Assembly: GCA_947501605.1 (NCBI GenBank)
Contig: CANMWZ010000013.1
Coordinates: 1 to 64,000, forward strand
Direction of reading: 5' to 3'
Length of the DNA: 64,000 nt
Source of the DNA: Planctomycetota bacterium
GTDB taxonomy: Bacteria; Planctomycetota; UBA1135; UBA2386
Part shown: piece after piece, positions 10,030 through 19,123 of the stretch
How the letters are laid out: every line of letters starts with the position of its first letter
Position numbering within the stretch: the stretch's first letter is position 1
Notes under the pieces: model-generated
Databases searched by the model: none
What the model was told of the DNA's origin: nothing
Seen by the model: only the letters and a program-made list of their open reading frames with translations
Program-made: the position numbers and the translations under genes

Positions 10030-10099
10030 TCCGCGCCTGGCGCAGCTCGCATCTTCGACCGTCGCGCTGGCCCAGCGACCTCTGGTATGGTTTCGAGCC

Positions 10100-10807
10100 A
10101 TGGGACGTCAGTGGTTGCACAGCAAAAAAGAGGTCACGGCCAACCGCCGTGCCAAGATCACCACCAAGTTGGTCCGCGAAATCACGGTCGCCGCGAAGAT
10201 GGGCGTGCCGGATCCAGAGATGAACGCGCGGCTCGCGCTTGCCGTTGACGCTGCGCGCAAACAATCTGTTTCGAACGACACGATCGCGCGCGCGATCAAG
10301 AAGGCCTCGGGCCAGGGCCCGGACGCGGTCAACTACGAGCTCGTCACGTACGAGGGCATGGGCCCGCACAACGTGCCCGTCATCGTCGAGTGCATGACCG
10401 ACAACCGGAACCGCACTGCACCGGAGATCCGTTCGCTGTGGAAAGACGGGCAGTTCGGCAGCAAGGTCGGCTTCCTGTTCGAGCACCGAGGCATCATCGA
10501 AGCAACGATCGACAAGGAAGGCGTTGACCGCGAGGAAGCCGCGATCGAGGCCGGCGCGCAGGATGTGGAAGCGCTCGAGCACACGCCCGAGGAGCAGACC
10601 GGGGGCCGATTCTTCACCGACCGCACGGACCTGTATCAGGTCTCGGATGCGCTGAAGAAGCTGGGCTGGGGGGTCACCACCGCAGAACTCGGCTTCGTCG
10701 CCAAGGACAAGGTCCAGCTCGAAGCGAAACACCGCGAGACGGTTGAAGGCTTCCTCGAACGCCTCGACGACAACGACGACGTGCACCGCGTCTACGCGGG
10801 CATCTGA
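10100..10807 (+). CDS. yebC: YebC/PmpR family protein
   Basis: KLVREITVAAKMG, N.RL..A, YEG.GP, TDNRNRT, DDNDDV..VY. Confidence 0.93.
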   Translation: MGRQWLHSKKEVTANRRAKITTKLVREITVAAKMGVPDPEMNARLALAVDAARKQSVSNDTIARAIKKASGQGPDAVNYELVTYEGMGPHNVPVIVECMTDNRNRTAPEIRSLWKDGQFGSKVGFLFEHRGIIEATIDKEGVDREEAAIEAGAQDVEALEHTPEEQTGGRFFTDRTDLYQVSDALKKLGWGVTTAELGFVAKDKVQLEAKHRETVEGFLERLDDNDDVHRVYAGI

Positions 10808-10843
10808 GTTCGCGCCCGCGTGTTCGCCGCCGGTAGCAGTGCC

Positions 10844-12064
10844 ATGATGCTGACCGTGCTGCCGCAGCTCGTGCTGCTGCTGCTGGTCGCACGCACCGGT
10901 GGTTGGTTGCTCGGCAGACTCGGGCAGCCCCGGGTCGTCGGCGAGATCGCTGCGGGCCTACTGCTCGGCCCGTCGCTGTTCGGCGCGGTGTGGCCGAGCG
11001 GGTTCGCGGCGGTGTTCGGCGACATCGGCAGCGACAGTCCACTCGCATTGCTCGGTCAGCTCGGACTCGTGTTCTTGACCCTGCTGATGGGCATGGAGTT
11101 CGAGTTCGCGCACCTTCGCACGACGGCGAGAACGGCAACCGCAGTGGCGCTCGGCGGCATCGCGCTGCCGTTCACCCTCGGGACGCCGCTCGCCTGGCTG
11201 CTCCACGAGCAACTGGCCCTCGAAGTGCCGCTGCCCGGCATGTCGCTGTTCTTGGCGACCGCGCTTTCGATCACCTCGATCCCGGTGCTCGGTCGAATCC
11301 TGTTGGAGCACGGGCTCGCGCGGACGCGCTACGGCGTCGTCGCGATCACCGCCGCAGGGCTCGACGACGCGATCGGTTGGATCCTGCTGGCGACGGTGTC
11401 GGCGATCGTCGCCGGCGGCGGCGCGATGGACCGCTGCGTGTGGATGTTGCTCGCCACGGTCGCGTTCGTCGCCGCAGTGTTGTTCGTGGTGCGGCCGCTG
11501 CTGGTGCACTTCGTCGTGCGCCGACTCGACGCCGGCAGCGAACTCGATCTCGGCGGGCTCTCGCTCGTGCTCGGCGCCGTGCTGCTGTGCGCTTACGCGA
11601 CCGAACGCATCGGCGTCTTCGCGCTGTTCGGCTCGTTCGTGCTCGGGGCCTCGCTGTGGAACCAGACGACACTGCGCGACGCCCTGCGGCAGAAGCTCGC
11701 GCCCGTCGTGGATGCACTGTTCTTGCCGGTGTTCTTCGCACTCACGGGATTGCGCACCGATGTCGGCAGCCTCGACTCGCTGCACGAATGGGGCCTTTGT
11801 CTCGTCGTGCTGCTGACTGCGTGCGCCGGCAAGATCGTCGGCTGCGGCGGCGCCGCGCGGTTGTTCGGCATGAGCCCGCGCGAGAGTTTGTGCGTCGGTG
11901 TGTTGATGAACACGCGCGCGCTGATGGGCCTGGTCGCGATCGAGGTCGGGCGATCGATCGGCGTGATCGACGGAGCCGTCTACACCATGCTCGTGCTCAT
12001 GGCGATCGCGACCACGGTGATGACGACGCCGTTGCTGCGGGCGCTGCGGCCGCGCGAGCCGTAG
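10844..12064 (+). CDS. CPA2 cation:proton antiporter
   Basis: GQPRVVGEIAAGLLLGPS, LSITSIPVL.RIL, LDD..GW, MNTRALM; many TM helices. Confidence 0.9.
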   Translation: MMLTVLPQLVLLLLVARTGGWLLGRLGQPRVVGEIAAGLLLGPSLFGAVWPSGFAAVFGDIGSDSPLALLGQLGLVFLTLLMGMEFEFAHLRTTARTATAVALGGIALPFTLGTPLAWLLHEQLALEVPLPGMSLFLATALSITSIPVLGRILLEHGLARTRYGVVAITAAGLDDAIGWILLATVSAIVAGGGAMDRCVWMLLATVAFVAAVLFVVRPLLVHFVVRRLDAGSELDLGGLSLVLGAVLLCAYATERIGVFALFGSFVLGASLWNQTTLRDALRQKLAPVVDALFLPVFFALTGLRTDVGSLDSLHEWGLCLVVLLTACAGKIVGCGGAARLFGMSPRESLCVGVLMNTRALMGLVAIEVGRSIGVIDGAVYTMLVLMAIATTVMTTPLLRALRPREP

Positions 12065-12068
12065 CGAG

Positions 12069-13967
12069 TCACTGCGCGCGCGGCTCCCACAGGATCGCGC
12101 GCTCGCCGGTGGTCCGGTTGGTCCGCACGATGCGCATGCCCGGCTCTTGCACGAAGACGTCGTCGCCGACGAAGCCGATCAACTGACCAGCCTGCACCGA
12201 GGACGGCTCGCAGCGCAGGGTCGCGGGATCGAGCACCAGGAAGCGGTCGCCTACTCCCTTGCGGGCATCCACGGGGAACTGGCGTAACCACACGCGACCG
12301 CGTCCGTCGCGGCGCGCGTTCGCAAGCCGCGTGCGCGACATCGGCCACGGACTCGGACCGAGGTCGACGCCGAAGGCCTCGCGAGTCGCAGGGTCGTAGG
12401 CGAAGAAGCGCGAGCGCTCCGCCCGGGCGCCGACGCGCATCTCGAAGAGGAGTCGGTGGTCGTCGAGCAGTAACTGGGCGCTGCAGTCCTTCAGTTCGGG
12501 ACGCGCTTCGAGCACGCCGTGCTCGGGGTCGAACTCGCACCAGCCGTCGTTCGAGTTGCCGACGAGCCAGTGATCGCCCACGCACCACGCATGCGAAGCG
12601 CTGAAGGGCGAAGTGGTTGGCAGCGTCAGCACGCGACCCGTTCGCACGTCGTACATCCGCTTGTCGTCGCACAGCCCTTGTCCGCGCCAGCGCGCAGCGA
12701 ACGAGAGCCCGCCGTCGAAGAGCACTTCTGCGCCGTCGACGAGGACCTTGTGGCCCTCGCGCCATGCGCGTCGTCCGTCCGGAAGCAAGACGGAATCGAG
12801 CTCCTTCGACTCGCTCGCGACCCCGCGGTCCAGGTCGGGAGACAGCAGGAGTTGCCCCTGGTCTGAGTCGGTGCCGACCTCGACGCACGTTCCGCGATCG
12901 AGATCGCAGAGCTGCGTCGTGCCGTTCATCGCACCGATGCGCCACCACCGCGCCGCACCACTCGGGGACTCGGGTCGCAGCGGACCGACCTCCGCACGGC
13001 GGATCCACGCGCCGATCGGGCCTACGCGCTGCATCGTCCCGGTCGCGACGTCGAGCACGAACGGTGCCTTGATCCAGGTGTCGTTCGCATCCTCGCTGCC
13101 TCCGAGCAGGACGTGCTTGCCGTCCGTCGACACGCCGTGCACCGAGATCATCGTCAGGCGATCGGGACTCGGACACCGGTAGTGCCACACCTCGTTGCCT
13201 AGCCACAGCGAAGGTGGCAACAGCGCGAGCAAGGTGGCCGCGAAGCCGAAGCCGAACGAACGCAGTGGTCCGCCGCCGCGGCGACCGCGCAGCGAGGCGC
13301 CGTAGACACCGAAGCCGACGACGGCCGCGTAGGCGAGCCAGCCCTTCCACGGCAGCGTGCTCGCGAGGTTCGGACAGGTCGACATCAGCAGCACAACGCC
13401 GACGCCGAGCACGAGCACGAACAGCGCCGTGGCGCCGACGGCCATGCGACCTCCGGGCATCCACGTTCCCATCGCGGCGACCCACGGCAGCAGCGCCAGC
13501 GAACCGAGCGACGCGGCGGCAGTCACGGGCAGTGAGAGCACCACCTCGCCGTCGTGCGTCGCGCGAAACCAATCGGCGTAGCTGGAGCCGAGCCACGTCA
13601 GCACGAGTTCGCCCGTCAGCAGCGACACGAAGGGCAGCCCCACGGCCATCAGCACCGCGAACAGCGTCTTGCCCGCGAACGCAGAGCCCAGAGCGCCGGG
13701 CATGCGGCGCAGGAACTGGTCGTCCTTCGGCGCAACCTCGCCGCGCACCAGCTGCGGGGCGAGGAAGGCCACGGCCCCGACGCAGCCGACGAGCACGAAC
13801 CACGCGAGCGCGTTGGTTCCGGTGTTGCCGTCGCGATTGGCCCAGTACGCCGTCGGCAACAGCCAACAGACGATCGCGAGCGACGCGAGCACGAGGAACA
13901 TGTAGGCGAACAGGATCGGCGCCTGCGAACGCGCTTCCTTGCCGAACCACACGAGAGCTTGGTTCAC
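12069..13967 (-). CDS. Putative ABC permease-like membrane protein with a large C-terminal soluble domain
   Basis: KEAR N-terminal motif, about 8 TM helices, beta-rich C-terminus; 4-nt overlap with the ABC ATPase. Confidence 0.65.
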   Translation of the reverse strand: MNQALVWFGKEARSQAPILFAYMFLVLASLAIVCWLLPTAYWANRDGNTGTNALAWFVLVGCVGAVAFLAPQLVRGEVAPKDDQFLRRMPGALGSAFAGKTLFAVLMAVGLPFVSLLTGELVLTWLGSSYADWFRATHDGEVVLSLPVTAAASLGSLALLPWVAAMGTWMPGGRMAVGATALFVLVLGVGVVLLMSTCPNLASTLPWKGWLAYAAVVGFGVYGASLRGRRGGGPLRSFGFGFAATLLALLPPSLWLGNEVWHYRCPSPDRLTMISVHGVSTDGKHVLLGGSEDANDTWIKAPFVLDVATGTMQRVGPIGAWIRRAEVGPLRPESPSGAARWWRIGAMNGTTQLCDLDRGTCVEVGTDSDQGQLLLSPDLDRGVASESKELDSVLLPDGRRAWREGHKVLVDGAEVLFDGGLSFAARWRGQGLCDDKRMYDVRTGRVLTLPTTSPFSASHAWCVGDHWLVGNSNDGWCEFDPEHGVLEARPELKDCSAQLLLDDHRLLFEMRVGARAERSRFFAYDPATREAFGVDLGPSPWPMSRTRLANARRDGRGRVWLRQFPVDARKGVGDRFLVLDPATLRCEPSSVQAGQLIGFVGDDVFVQEPGMRIVRTNRTTGERAILWEPRAQ

Positions 13968-14698
13968 GACTCCACCTCCTGAAGTTCCTGGAGCACGCGG
14001 TGCAAGCCGCTCGGGATCTCGACGGGCTCACCCTGCACGCCGAGCACGTCGGCGAGGGCGTCGTGCCGCACGATGCGGCCATCGCGCATCACGGCGACGC
14101 GGTCGGCGATGCGCGAAGCGAGTTCGAGTTCGTGCGTCGCGCAGAGCACTGTTCGCCGGCCGTCGTCGAGCGCGGAGACCACGGCCTCGAGCACGTCCTC
14201 GCGCACGAGCGGGTCGAGGCCCGCGAACGGCTCGTCGAGCAGCAGGAGCTCGGGGTCCGGCGCGAGTGCCGCAACGAGCATTGCCTTCATGCCCTGGCCG
14301 CGCGACAGCGCCTTGAACTTGGTGCGCATCGGCACGCGGAGCTTCTCGGCCAGTTCGCTGCAGCGCGCGTCGTCCCACTTCGGGTAGTGCGGGCGCAGGA
14401 ACGCGTAGAGCTGCGTCGGCGTGAAGAAGGGCGGCACGTCCGGCACGTCGGGCACGTAACCGATGCGCTGCAGCACTTCCTTGTGCGCGAGCAACGGATC
14501 CTTGCCGAACACGCGCACGCTGCCGCGCCGCGGCCGCAGCACGCCGAGCAACACGCGCAGCAACGTGCTCTTGCCGGCACCGTTGCAACCCAGCATCACC
14601 GTGACCTTGCCCTTCGCGAGCTGCAGGTCGAGCCCGTCGAGCACGCGCTTCCGACCGAAGCGCACGTCGAGCCCCACAACGTCCACCACGTCGCTCAT
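13964..14698 (-). CDS. ABC transporter ATP-binding protein
   Basis: GCNGAGKST, LSRGQ, LLLLDEP, H-loop ATH. Start at MSDVV overlaps the GntR stop. Confidence 0.93.
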   Translation of the reverse strand: MSDVVDVVGLDVRFGRKRVLDGLDLQLAKGKVTVMLGCNGAGKSTLLRVLLGVLRPRRGSVRVFGKDPLLAHKEVLQRIGYVPDVPDVPPFFTPTQLYAFLRPHYPKWDDARCSELAEKLRVPMRTKFKALSRGQGMKAMLVAALAPDPELLLLDEPFAGLDPLVREDVLEAVVSALDDGRRTVLCATHELELASRIADRVAVMRDGRIVRHDALADVLGVQGEPVEIPSGLHRVLQELQEVES

Positions 14699-15129
14699 CG
14701 TTTCCCCCTCGGCGTTGCCGCCGCCTTCTCCCCGTCCCTCTCTCTCACGGTCCCCGCTCGCGCGAGAACCACACCATCGAGCACCGACTGCAGACTCACC
14801 GCATCGTGCCCGGCCCGCATCGCCAGCTCGGCGGCGTTGCGAAGCTGGTCCAACGTCTCGGCGAGTCGCACCGCGCGCGCCACCTCGGGCCCGCGCTCGG
14901 TGACGAACACCCCCGACCCGTTCTTGCCCTCGGTCGCGCCCAGGTGTTCGAGGTCGCGCCACGCCTTGCCCACGGTGTTGGGATTGACCAGCACCTGCGC
15001 TGCGAGCGCGCGCACCGCCGGCAGCTTGTCGCCGGGCCGCAGTTCGCCGCACGCGATGGCATCGAGCACCGCCGCCGTGAGCTGCTGGCTCGGAGGCACG
15101 GTGCTGTTCGGGTCCACGCAGAAGTGCAT
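14695..15129 (-). CDS. GntR family regulator, YtrA subfamily
   Basis: L.PGDKLP.VR.LA..L.VNPNTV.KAW..LE..G; short C-terminus; precedes ABC genes. Confidence 0.9.
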   Translation of the reverse strand: MHFCVDPNSTVPPSQQLTAAVLDAIACGELRPGDKLPAVRALAAQVLVNPNTVGKAWRDLEHLGATEGKNGSGVFVTERGPEVARAVRLAETLDQLRNAAELAMRAGHDAVSLQSVLDGVVLARAGTVRERDGEKAAATPRGKR

Positions 15130-15130
15130 G

Positions 15131-15154
15131 ACCGTCCTATCGGCCTAGGACGGT
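15131..15154. promoter_or_regulatory. Palindromic operator, probable YtrA-type autoregulatory site
   Basis: Perfect 9-bp inverted repeat ACCGTCCTA-N6-TAGGACGGT ending 1 nt before the gntR ATG. Confidence 0.75.
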
Positions 15155-15164
15155 AAGGACTTGA
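15138..15164 (-). promoter_or_regulatory. sigma28-like promoter for the gntR-ABC operon
   Basis: TCAAG-N15-GCCGATA, 8 nt before the ATG. Confidence 0.55.
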
Positions 15165-15171
15165 GCCTGAG

Positions 15172-16353
15172 CTACAACTCGACCGGCCCGGTGCCCACGC
15201 GCAGCAGGTCGAACCCCGCCTCGACGCCGAACTCGCGCAGGAACACCTTGCCGACCTGCTCCGCCACTCGCGATCCGATACCCGGCTCGATCAACGCGAT
15301 CGCACAGCCACCGAACCCGGCACCCGTCAATCGCGCGCCGAACACGCCGCTCTGCGCCCGCGCTGCATCGGTCATCACGTCGAGCTCGCGGCAACTGACT
15401 TCGTAGTCGATCGCGGTCGAACGGTGACTCGCGTCGAGCTGGCGACCTAACTCGCGATAGTCACCGCGACGCAAGGCCGCGACGCCGGTCGCGATGCGCG
15501 TCATCTCGGTGATCACGTGGCGCGCGCGGCGGAACAGCAATTCGTCCATCGCCGATTGCGCAGCTTCGAGATCCGAGGGTTCGTAGCTCGCCAGGTGCGG
15601 CAGGTCGCGTACGTGGTTGCGCAGCGTCTCGTGGGCCGTCGCGCATTGCGCCACGCGGTCGTTGAAGTGCGTCTTCGACAGACTGCGCGACTTCTTGGTG
15701 TCCATCACCAGAACCTCGCACTTCTGGCCGTCGAACGGCACGTGCTCGAAGCGCGGACCGGCGCAATGGAGCCACAACACATGTCCCGGCTGCGCCAGCG
15801 CCGACGCGAACTGGTCCATGATGCCGCAGCGCAACCCGACGTAGCCGTTCTCGGCCCGGTGCGCGAGCAGGGCGAGTTGCTGGCGGTCGTAGCCAGAGTG
15901 ATAGAAGGCGTCGAAGGCGAGCGCCGAGACCACCTCGATCGCGGCCGACGACGACAACCCCGATGCCATCGGCAGGTCACCGCCGTAGACGAGGTCGAAA
16001 CCGCGCGCCCGCCCCGTTCGCGCGCGGAAGCCGTGCCAGACGCCCAAGGGGTAGTTGGCCCAGCCGTTGCCCGGTTCGCCGCGCGGCGGCACCGTGCCGG
16101 CGGTCAGTTCGAAGGTCCGGTTCTGGTCGAGGCTGACGAGACGAATGCGATCGTCGTCGCGCATCGTCGCCGCGACGTAGACGCCGCGGTCCACTGCCAT
16201 CGGCAGCACGTCGCCGCCGTTGTAGTCGAGGTGCGCGCCGACGAGGTTGACGCGACCGGGCGCAAAGAAGCGCCGAGCTGGCTGGGCGCCGAACTCGCGG
16301 AGGAATCGCTCACTGATCGCGTCGAGCAGGCGCTGCCGTTCGGTTCCGGTCAT
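15172..16353 (-). CDS. galK: Galactokinase
   Basis: APGRVNLVG.H.DYNGG, P.ASGLSSSAA, GLRCGIMDQ, GARLTGAGFGG. Confidence 0.93.
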   Translation of the reverse strand: MTGTERQRLLDAISERFLREFGAQPARRFFAPGRVNLVGAHLDYNGGDVLPMAVDRGVYVAATMRDDDRIRLVSLDQNRTFELTAGTVPPRGEPGNGWANYPLGVWHGFRARTGRARGFDLVYGGDLPMASGLSSSAAIEVVSALAFDAFYHSGYDRQQLALLAHRAENGYVGLRCGIMDQFASALAQPGHVLWLHCAGPRFEHVPFDGQKCEVLVMDTKKSRSLSKTHFNDRVAQCATAHETLRNHVRDLPHLASYEPSDLEAAQSAMDELLFRRARHVITEMTRIATGVAALRRGDYRELGRQLDASHRSTAIDYEVSCRELDVMTDAARAQSGVFGARLTGAGFGGCAIALIEPGIGSRVAEQVGKVFLREFGVEAGFDLLRVGTGPVEL

Positions 16354-16417
16354 TCGTTACGTGCCGTCGCGCCGATCCTATACCGTGCCCGACTCGCGCA
16401 CCAAGCTCCACGCGAAC

Positions 16418-17542
16418 ATGCCCGCAAGACTGTCCTCGCTCGCCCCCCTTTCTCTCGCCTTCCTGTTCGCGGCACCGTTGTGGGCTCAGGACGCGCCCAC
16501 CACTCCAGCCGAACCGCAAGCGCCACAGGTTGCCGTCCGCGCGCCAATCTTCGTGCAGCTGCGCTACCCGCAGGACCGCGACTACACGATCGCGCTGGTC
16601 GATGGCTCGCCGATCTCCTTGCAGCAGCTCGTCACCCACATCGACGAACGCCACTACCCCGGCTTCCTCGTCTTCATGGGCGGAGAGGACGGCAATGGCA
16701 CGCCCGACGGCCGCCGCGTCCTCGAGTCCGATCTGCTGTCGGCGTGGGTCCGACAACTGGCGGATGTTCGTGCTCTCGAGGCCGAAGCCAAGGCGCGCGC
16801 CGCAGGACCGATCGATCAACTCCAGATCGATGCGGCGCACTCGGCCGCACTGAAGGCCTCGTTCGAAGAGTATCTCAAGGCCTACACCACCGACCTGGAG
16901 CAGCGAGGGCTGCCGACGGAGTTGTCGCAGAAGCGCGTCGACCGACTGTTGACCGACTTCCAGCTGCGACACGGACTGTCGTGCGAGCTGCAAGGCTGGC
17001 TCGATTTCTTGCAGCCCGAAGAGGATTGGAGCAACGAGCGTCTCAACACCTTCTTCCAGGACAACCCGCGCTACTTTGGCGGCGGCGTCACCATCGAGCA
17101 CATCCTCGTCCAGAATCGCGATCCAGGCACCGGGATCCTGATGCAGGAAGGACCGCGAATCGCGGCGGCGGCCCGATTGTCGGAGATCAAGAAGCGACTG
17201 CTGCCCGACGGCTCCAACTTCGCCGACGTCGCCAAGCAGTTCTCCGAGGACGCGCGCACGGCGCCGACAGGCGGCAAGCTCGAGAGCATCGAACGCTTCG
17301 ACCAGCGAATGCCAACGGTACTTTGCCGCACTGCTTGGTCGCTCCGCGACGGACAGATCAGCGAAGTCGTCGAGTCGCAGTACGGCTGGCACATCGTGCA
17401 TCGCATCGAGCACGTGCAGCGCATGCTCATGATGTTCACCGACGCGACCGTGCCCCTGGTCAAGAGTCTGCTCCGGCGCGAACTGCAGGAGACTCTGCTG
17501 TTCACCTGTCGTCACAAGCACGGCGTCGAGCTGAAGCTCTGA
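16418..17542 (+). CDS. Secreted parvulin (PpiC-type) peptidyl-prolyl isomerase
   Basis: Signal peptide, HILV, FADVAKQFSED, GGKL, ISEVVESQYGWHI. Confidence 0.85.
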   Translation: MPARLSSLAPLSLAFLFAAPLWAQDAPTTPAEPQAPQVAVRAPIFVQLRYPQDRDYTIALVDGSPISLQQLVTHIDERHYPGFLVFMGGEDGNGTPDGRRVLESDLLSAWVRQLADVRALEAEAKARAAGPIDQLQIDAAHSAALKASFEEYLKAYTTDLEQRGLPTELSQKRVDRLLTDFQLRHGLSCELQGWLDFLQPEEDWSNERLNTFFQDNPRYFGGGVTIEHILVQNRDPGTGILMQEGPRIAAAARLSEIKKRLLPDGSNFADVAKQFSEDARTAPTGGKLESIERFDQRMPTVLCRTAWSLRDGQISEVVESQYGWHIVHRIEHVQRMLMMFTDATVPLVKSLLRRELQETLLFTCRHKHGVELKL

Positions 17543-17567
17543 GTCGCGCGACCGCGACGATGCGCGT

Positions 17568-17840
17568 TCAGCCGGCGAACTCGCGATAGACTAGGTACCA
17601 GAGCGGATTGAGCGCGGTCAGCAACAGCGCACGCCAACGGTAGGACGCCTTCTTGGTCTTGTGGTGAAACAGGCGGGCGCCGAGTTCGGCGCCCACGCAA
17701 CCGCAGGCAAACGTCCACGTCAGCAGAGTCATCTCCGGCACGCGGCGACCGCCGCGCGAGGCGCGCCACTTGTCGAAGCCGAACAGACAGAACGCGACCG
17801 AGTTGCTTGCGAGCACAGCCCACCACATCCACGTCGGCAT
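17568..17840 (-). CDS. DUF1294 family membrane protein
   Basis: FG.DK.RA....RRVPE..L, G..GA..G..LFHHKTKK. Confidence 0.88.
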   Translation of the reverse strand: MPTWMWWAVLASNSVAFCLFGFDKWRASRGGRRVPEMTLLTWTFACGCVGAELGARLFHHKTKKASYRWRALLLTALNPLWYLVYREFAG

Positions 17841-17914
17841 GCGCCCATCATGGCCCTCGGACGCAAACGGGGGCAAGGACATCGACCGCGTCGCTCGCTA
17901 CGCTGCGTCGGCTC

Positions 17915-19123
17915 ATGACTCCGCCGGTCACCGCACGCGACATCGAACTCGCCGCCAACGCGATCCGCGGCCACGTCGTCCGCACGCCGCTGGTCCCCGC
18001 ACCGCGACTGTCGGCGCAGTTTGGCTGCGAGGTGCGGCTCAAGCTGGAGAACCTGCACATCACGGGCTCCTTCAAGGACCGCGGGGCCTGCTACAAGCTG
18101 CAGCAATTGAAGGCTCAGGACGCCCGCGGCGTCGTGGCTGCTTCCGCTGGCAATCATGCGCAAGGCGTAGCATGGCACGCGGGCAAGCTGGGGATCCCTG
18201 CGACCATCGTGATGCCGCAGGCGACGCCGTTCTCGAAGGTCGAACGCACCGAGGCGTACGGCGCCGTGGTCGTGCTGCACGGCGAGTCGGTAGCAGAAGC
18301 GCAAGATCGCGCGCACGAGATCGCCGAACGCGATGGGGTCACGTTCGTACCACCCTACGACGACCCGCATGTGATCGCCGGGCAAGGCACGTGTGGCCGC
18401 GAGGTCCTCGAAGACTGGCCCGATGTCGACTGCGTCATTGCGCCGATCGGCGGTGGCGGCCTGCTCGCCGGCATGGCGCTTTGGCTCAAAGCGCACCGAC
18501 CGCAGATTCGCATCTTTGGCGTACAGACGACCGGATGCCCGTCGATGCGTGCTGCGATTCGCGGCGAACCGCAGCCGACGCTGTACACCTTGACGCTGGC
18601 CGATGGCATCGCCGTGAAGCGACCCGGCAAGCTGACGACACCGATCTTGGCGCAGCATTGCGAAGACATCGCCTTGGTCGACGACGCCGCGATCGAACAT
18701 GCGGTGCAGACCCTCGCGGCGCAGCAGAAGACCGTGGTCGAGGGCGCTGGCGCAGTGCCGCTTGCAGCACTGGCGCAAGACCCCGCGCGCTTTCAGGGCC
18801 TCAAAGTGTGCCTCGTTCTGAGCGGCGGCAACATCGATCGCCGCATGCTGTCGACGGTGCTATTGCGTGGCCTCGCGCGCGACGGCAAGGTCGCCAGGCT
18901 GCACATCGAGATCCAAGACTTGCCTGGCGTCCTCTCGCGTGTCACGCGCCTCATCGGCGACTCTGGCGCCGATATCATCGACATCGATCACCAGCGCACC
19001 TTCTCGCGCCTGCCGCCGCGTTGCGCCGAACTCAGCGTGATCCTCGAGACTCGCGGCCAGCAGCATGTCGAGACGATCCTCCAGACGCTCCAGCGCGAAG
19101 GCTTTCCGGCACGCGCAACGTGA
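17915..19123 (+). CDS. ilvA: Threonine ammonia-lyase with a C-terminal ACT domain
   Basis: KLENLH.TGSFKDRGA, SAGNHAQG, GGGGL, LSGGNID, ACT (DLPG.L). Confidence 0.93.
   Translation: MTPPVTARDIELAANAIRGHVVRTPLVPAPRLSAQFGCEVRLKLENLHITGSFKDRGACYKLQQLKAQDARGVVAASAGNHAQGVAWHAGKLGIPATIVMPQATPFSKVERTEAYGAVVVLHGESVAEAQDRAHEIAERDGVTFVPPYDDPHVIAGQGTCGREVLEDWPDVDCVIAPIGGGGLLAGMALWLKAHRPQIRIFGVQTTGCPSMRAAIRGEPQPTLYTLTLADGIAVKRPGKLTTPILAQHCEDIALVDDAAIEHAVQTLAAQQKTVVEGAGAVPLAALAQDPARFQGLKVCLVLSGGNIDRRMLSTVLLRGLARDGKVARLHIEIQDLPGVLSRVTRLIGDSGADIIDIDHQRTFSRLPPRCAELSVILETRGQQHVETILQTLQREGFPARAT

Noticed and set aside
11980..17589. Long overlapping ORFs (700, 644 and 690 aa)
   Set aside because: Arg/Ala-rich alternative-frame or shadow ORFs typical of high-GC DNA, overlapping well-supported genes.
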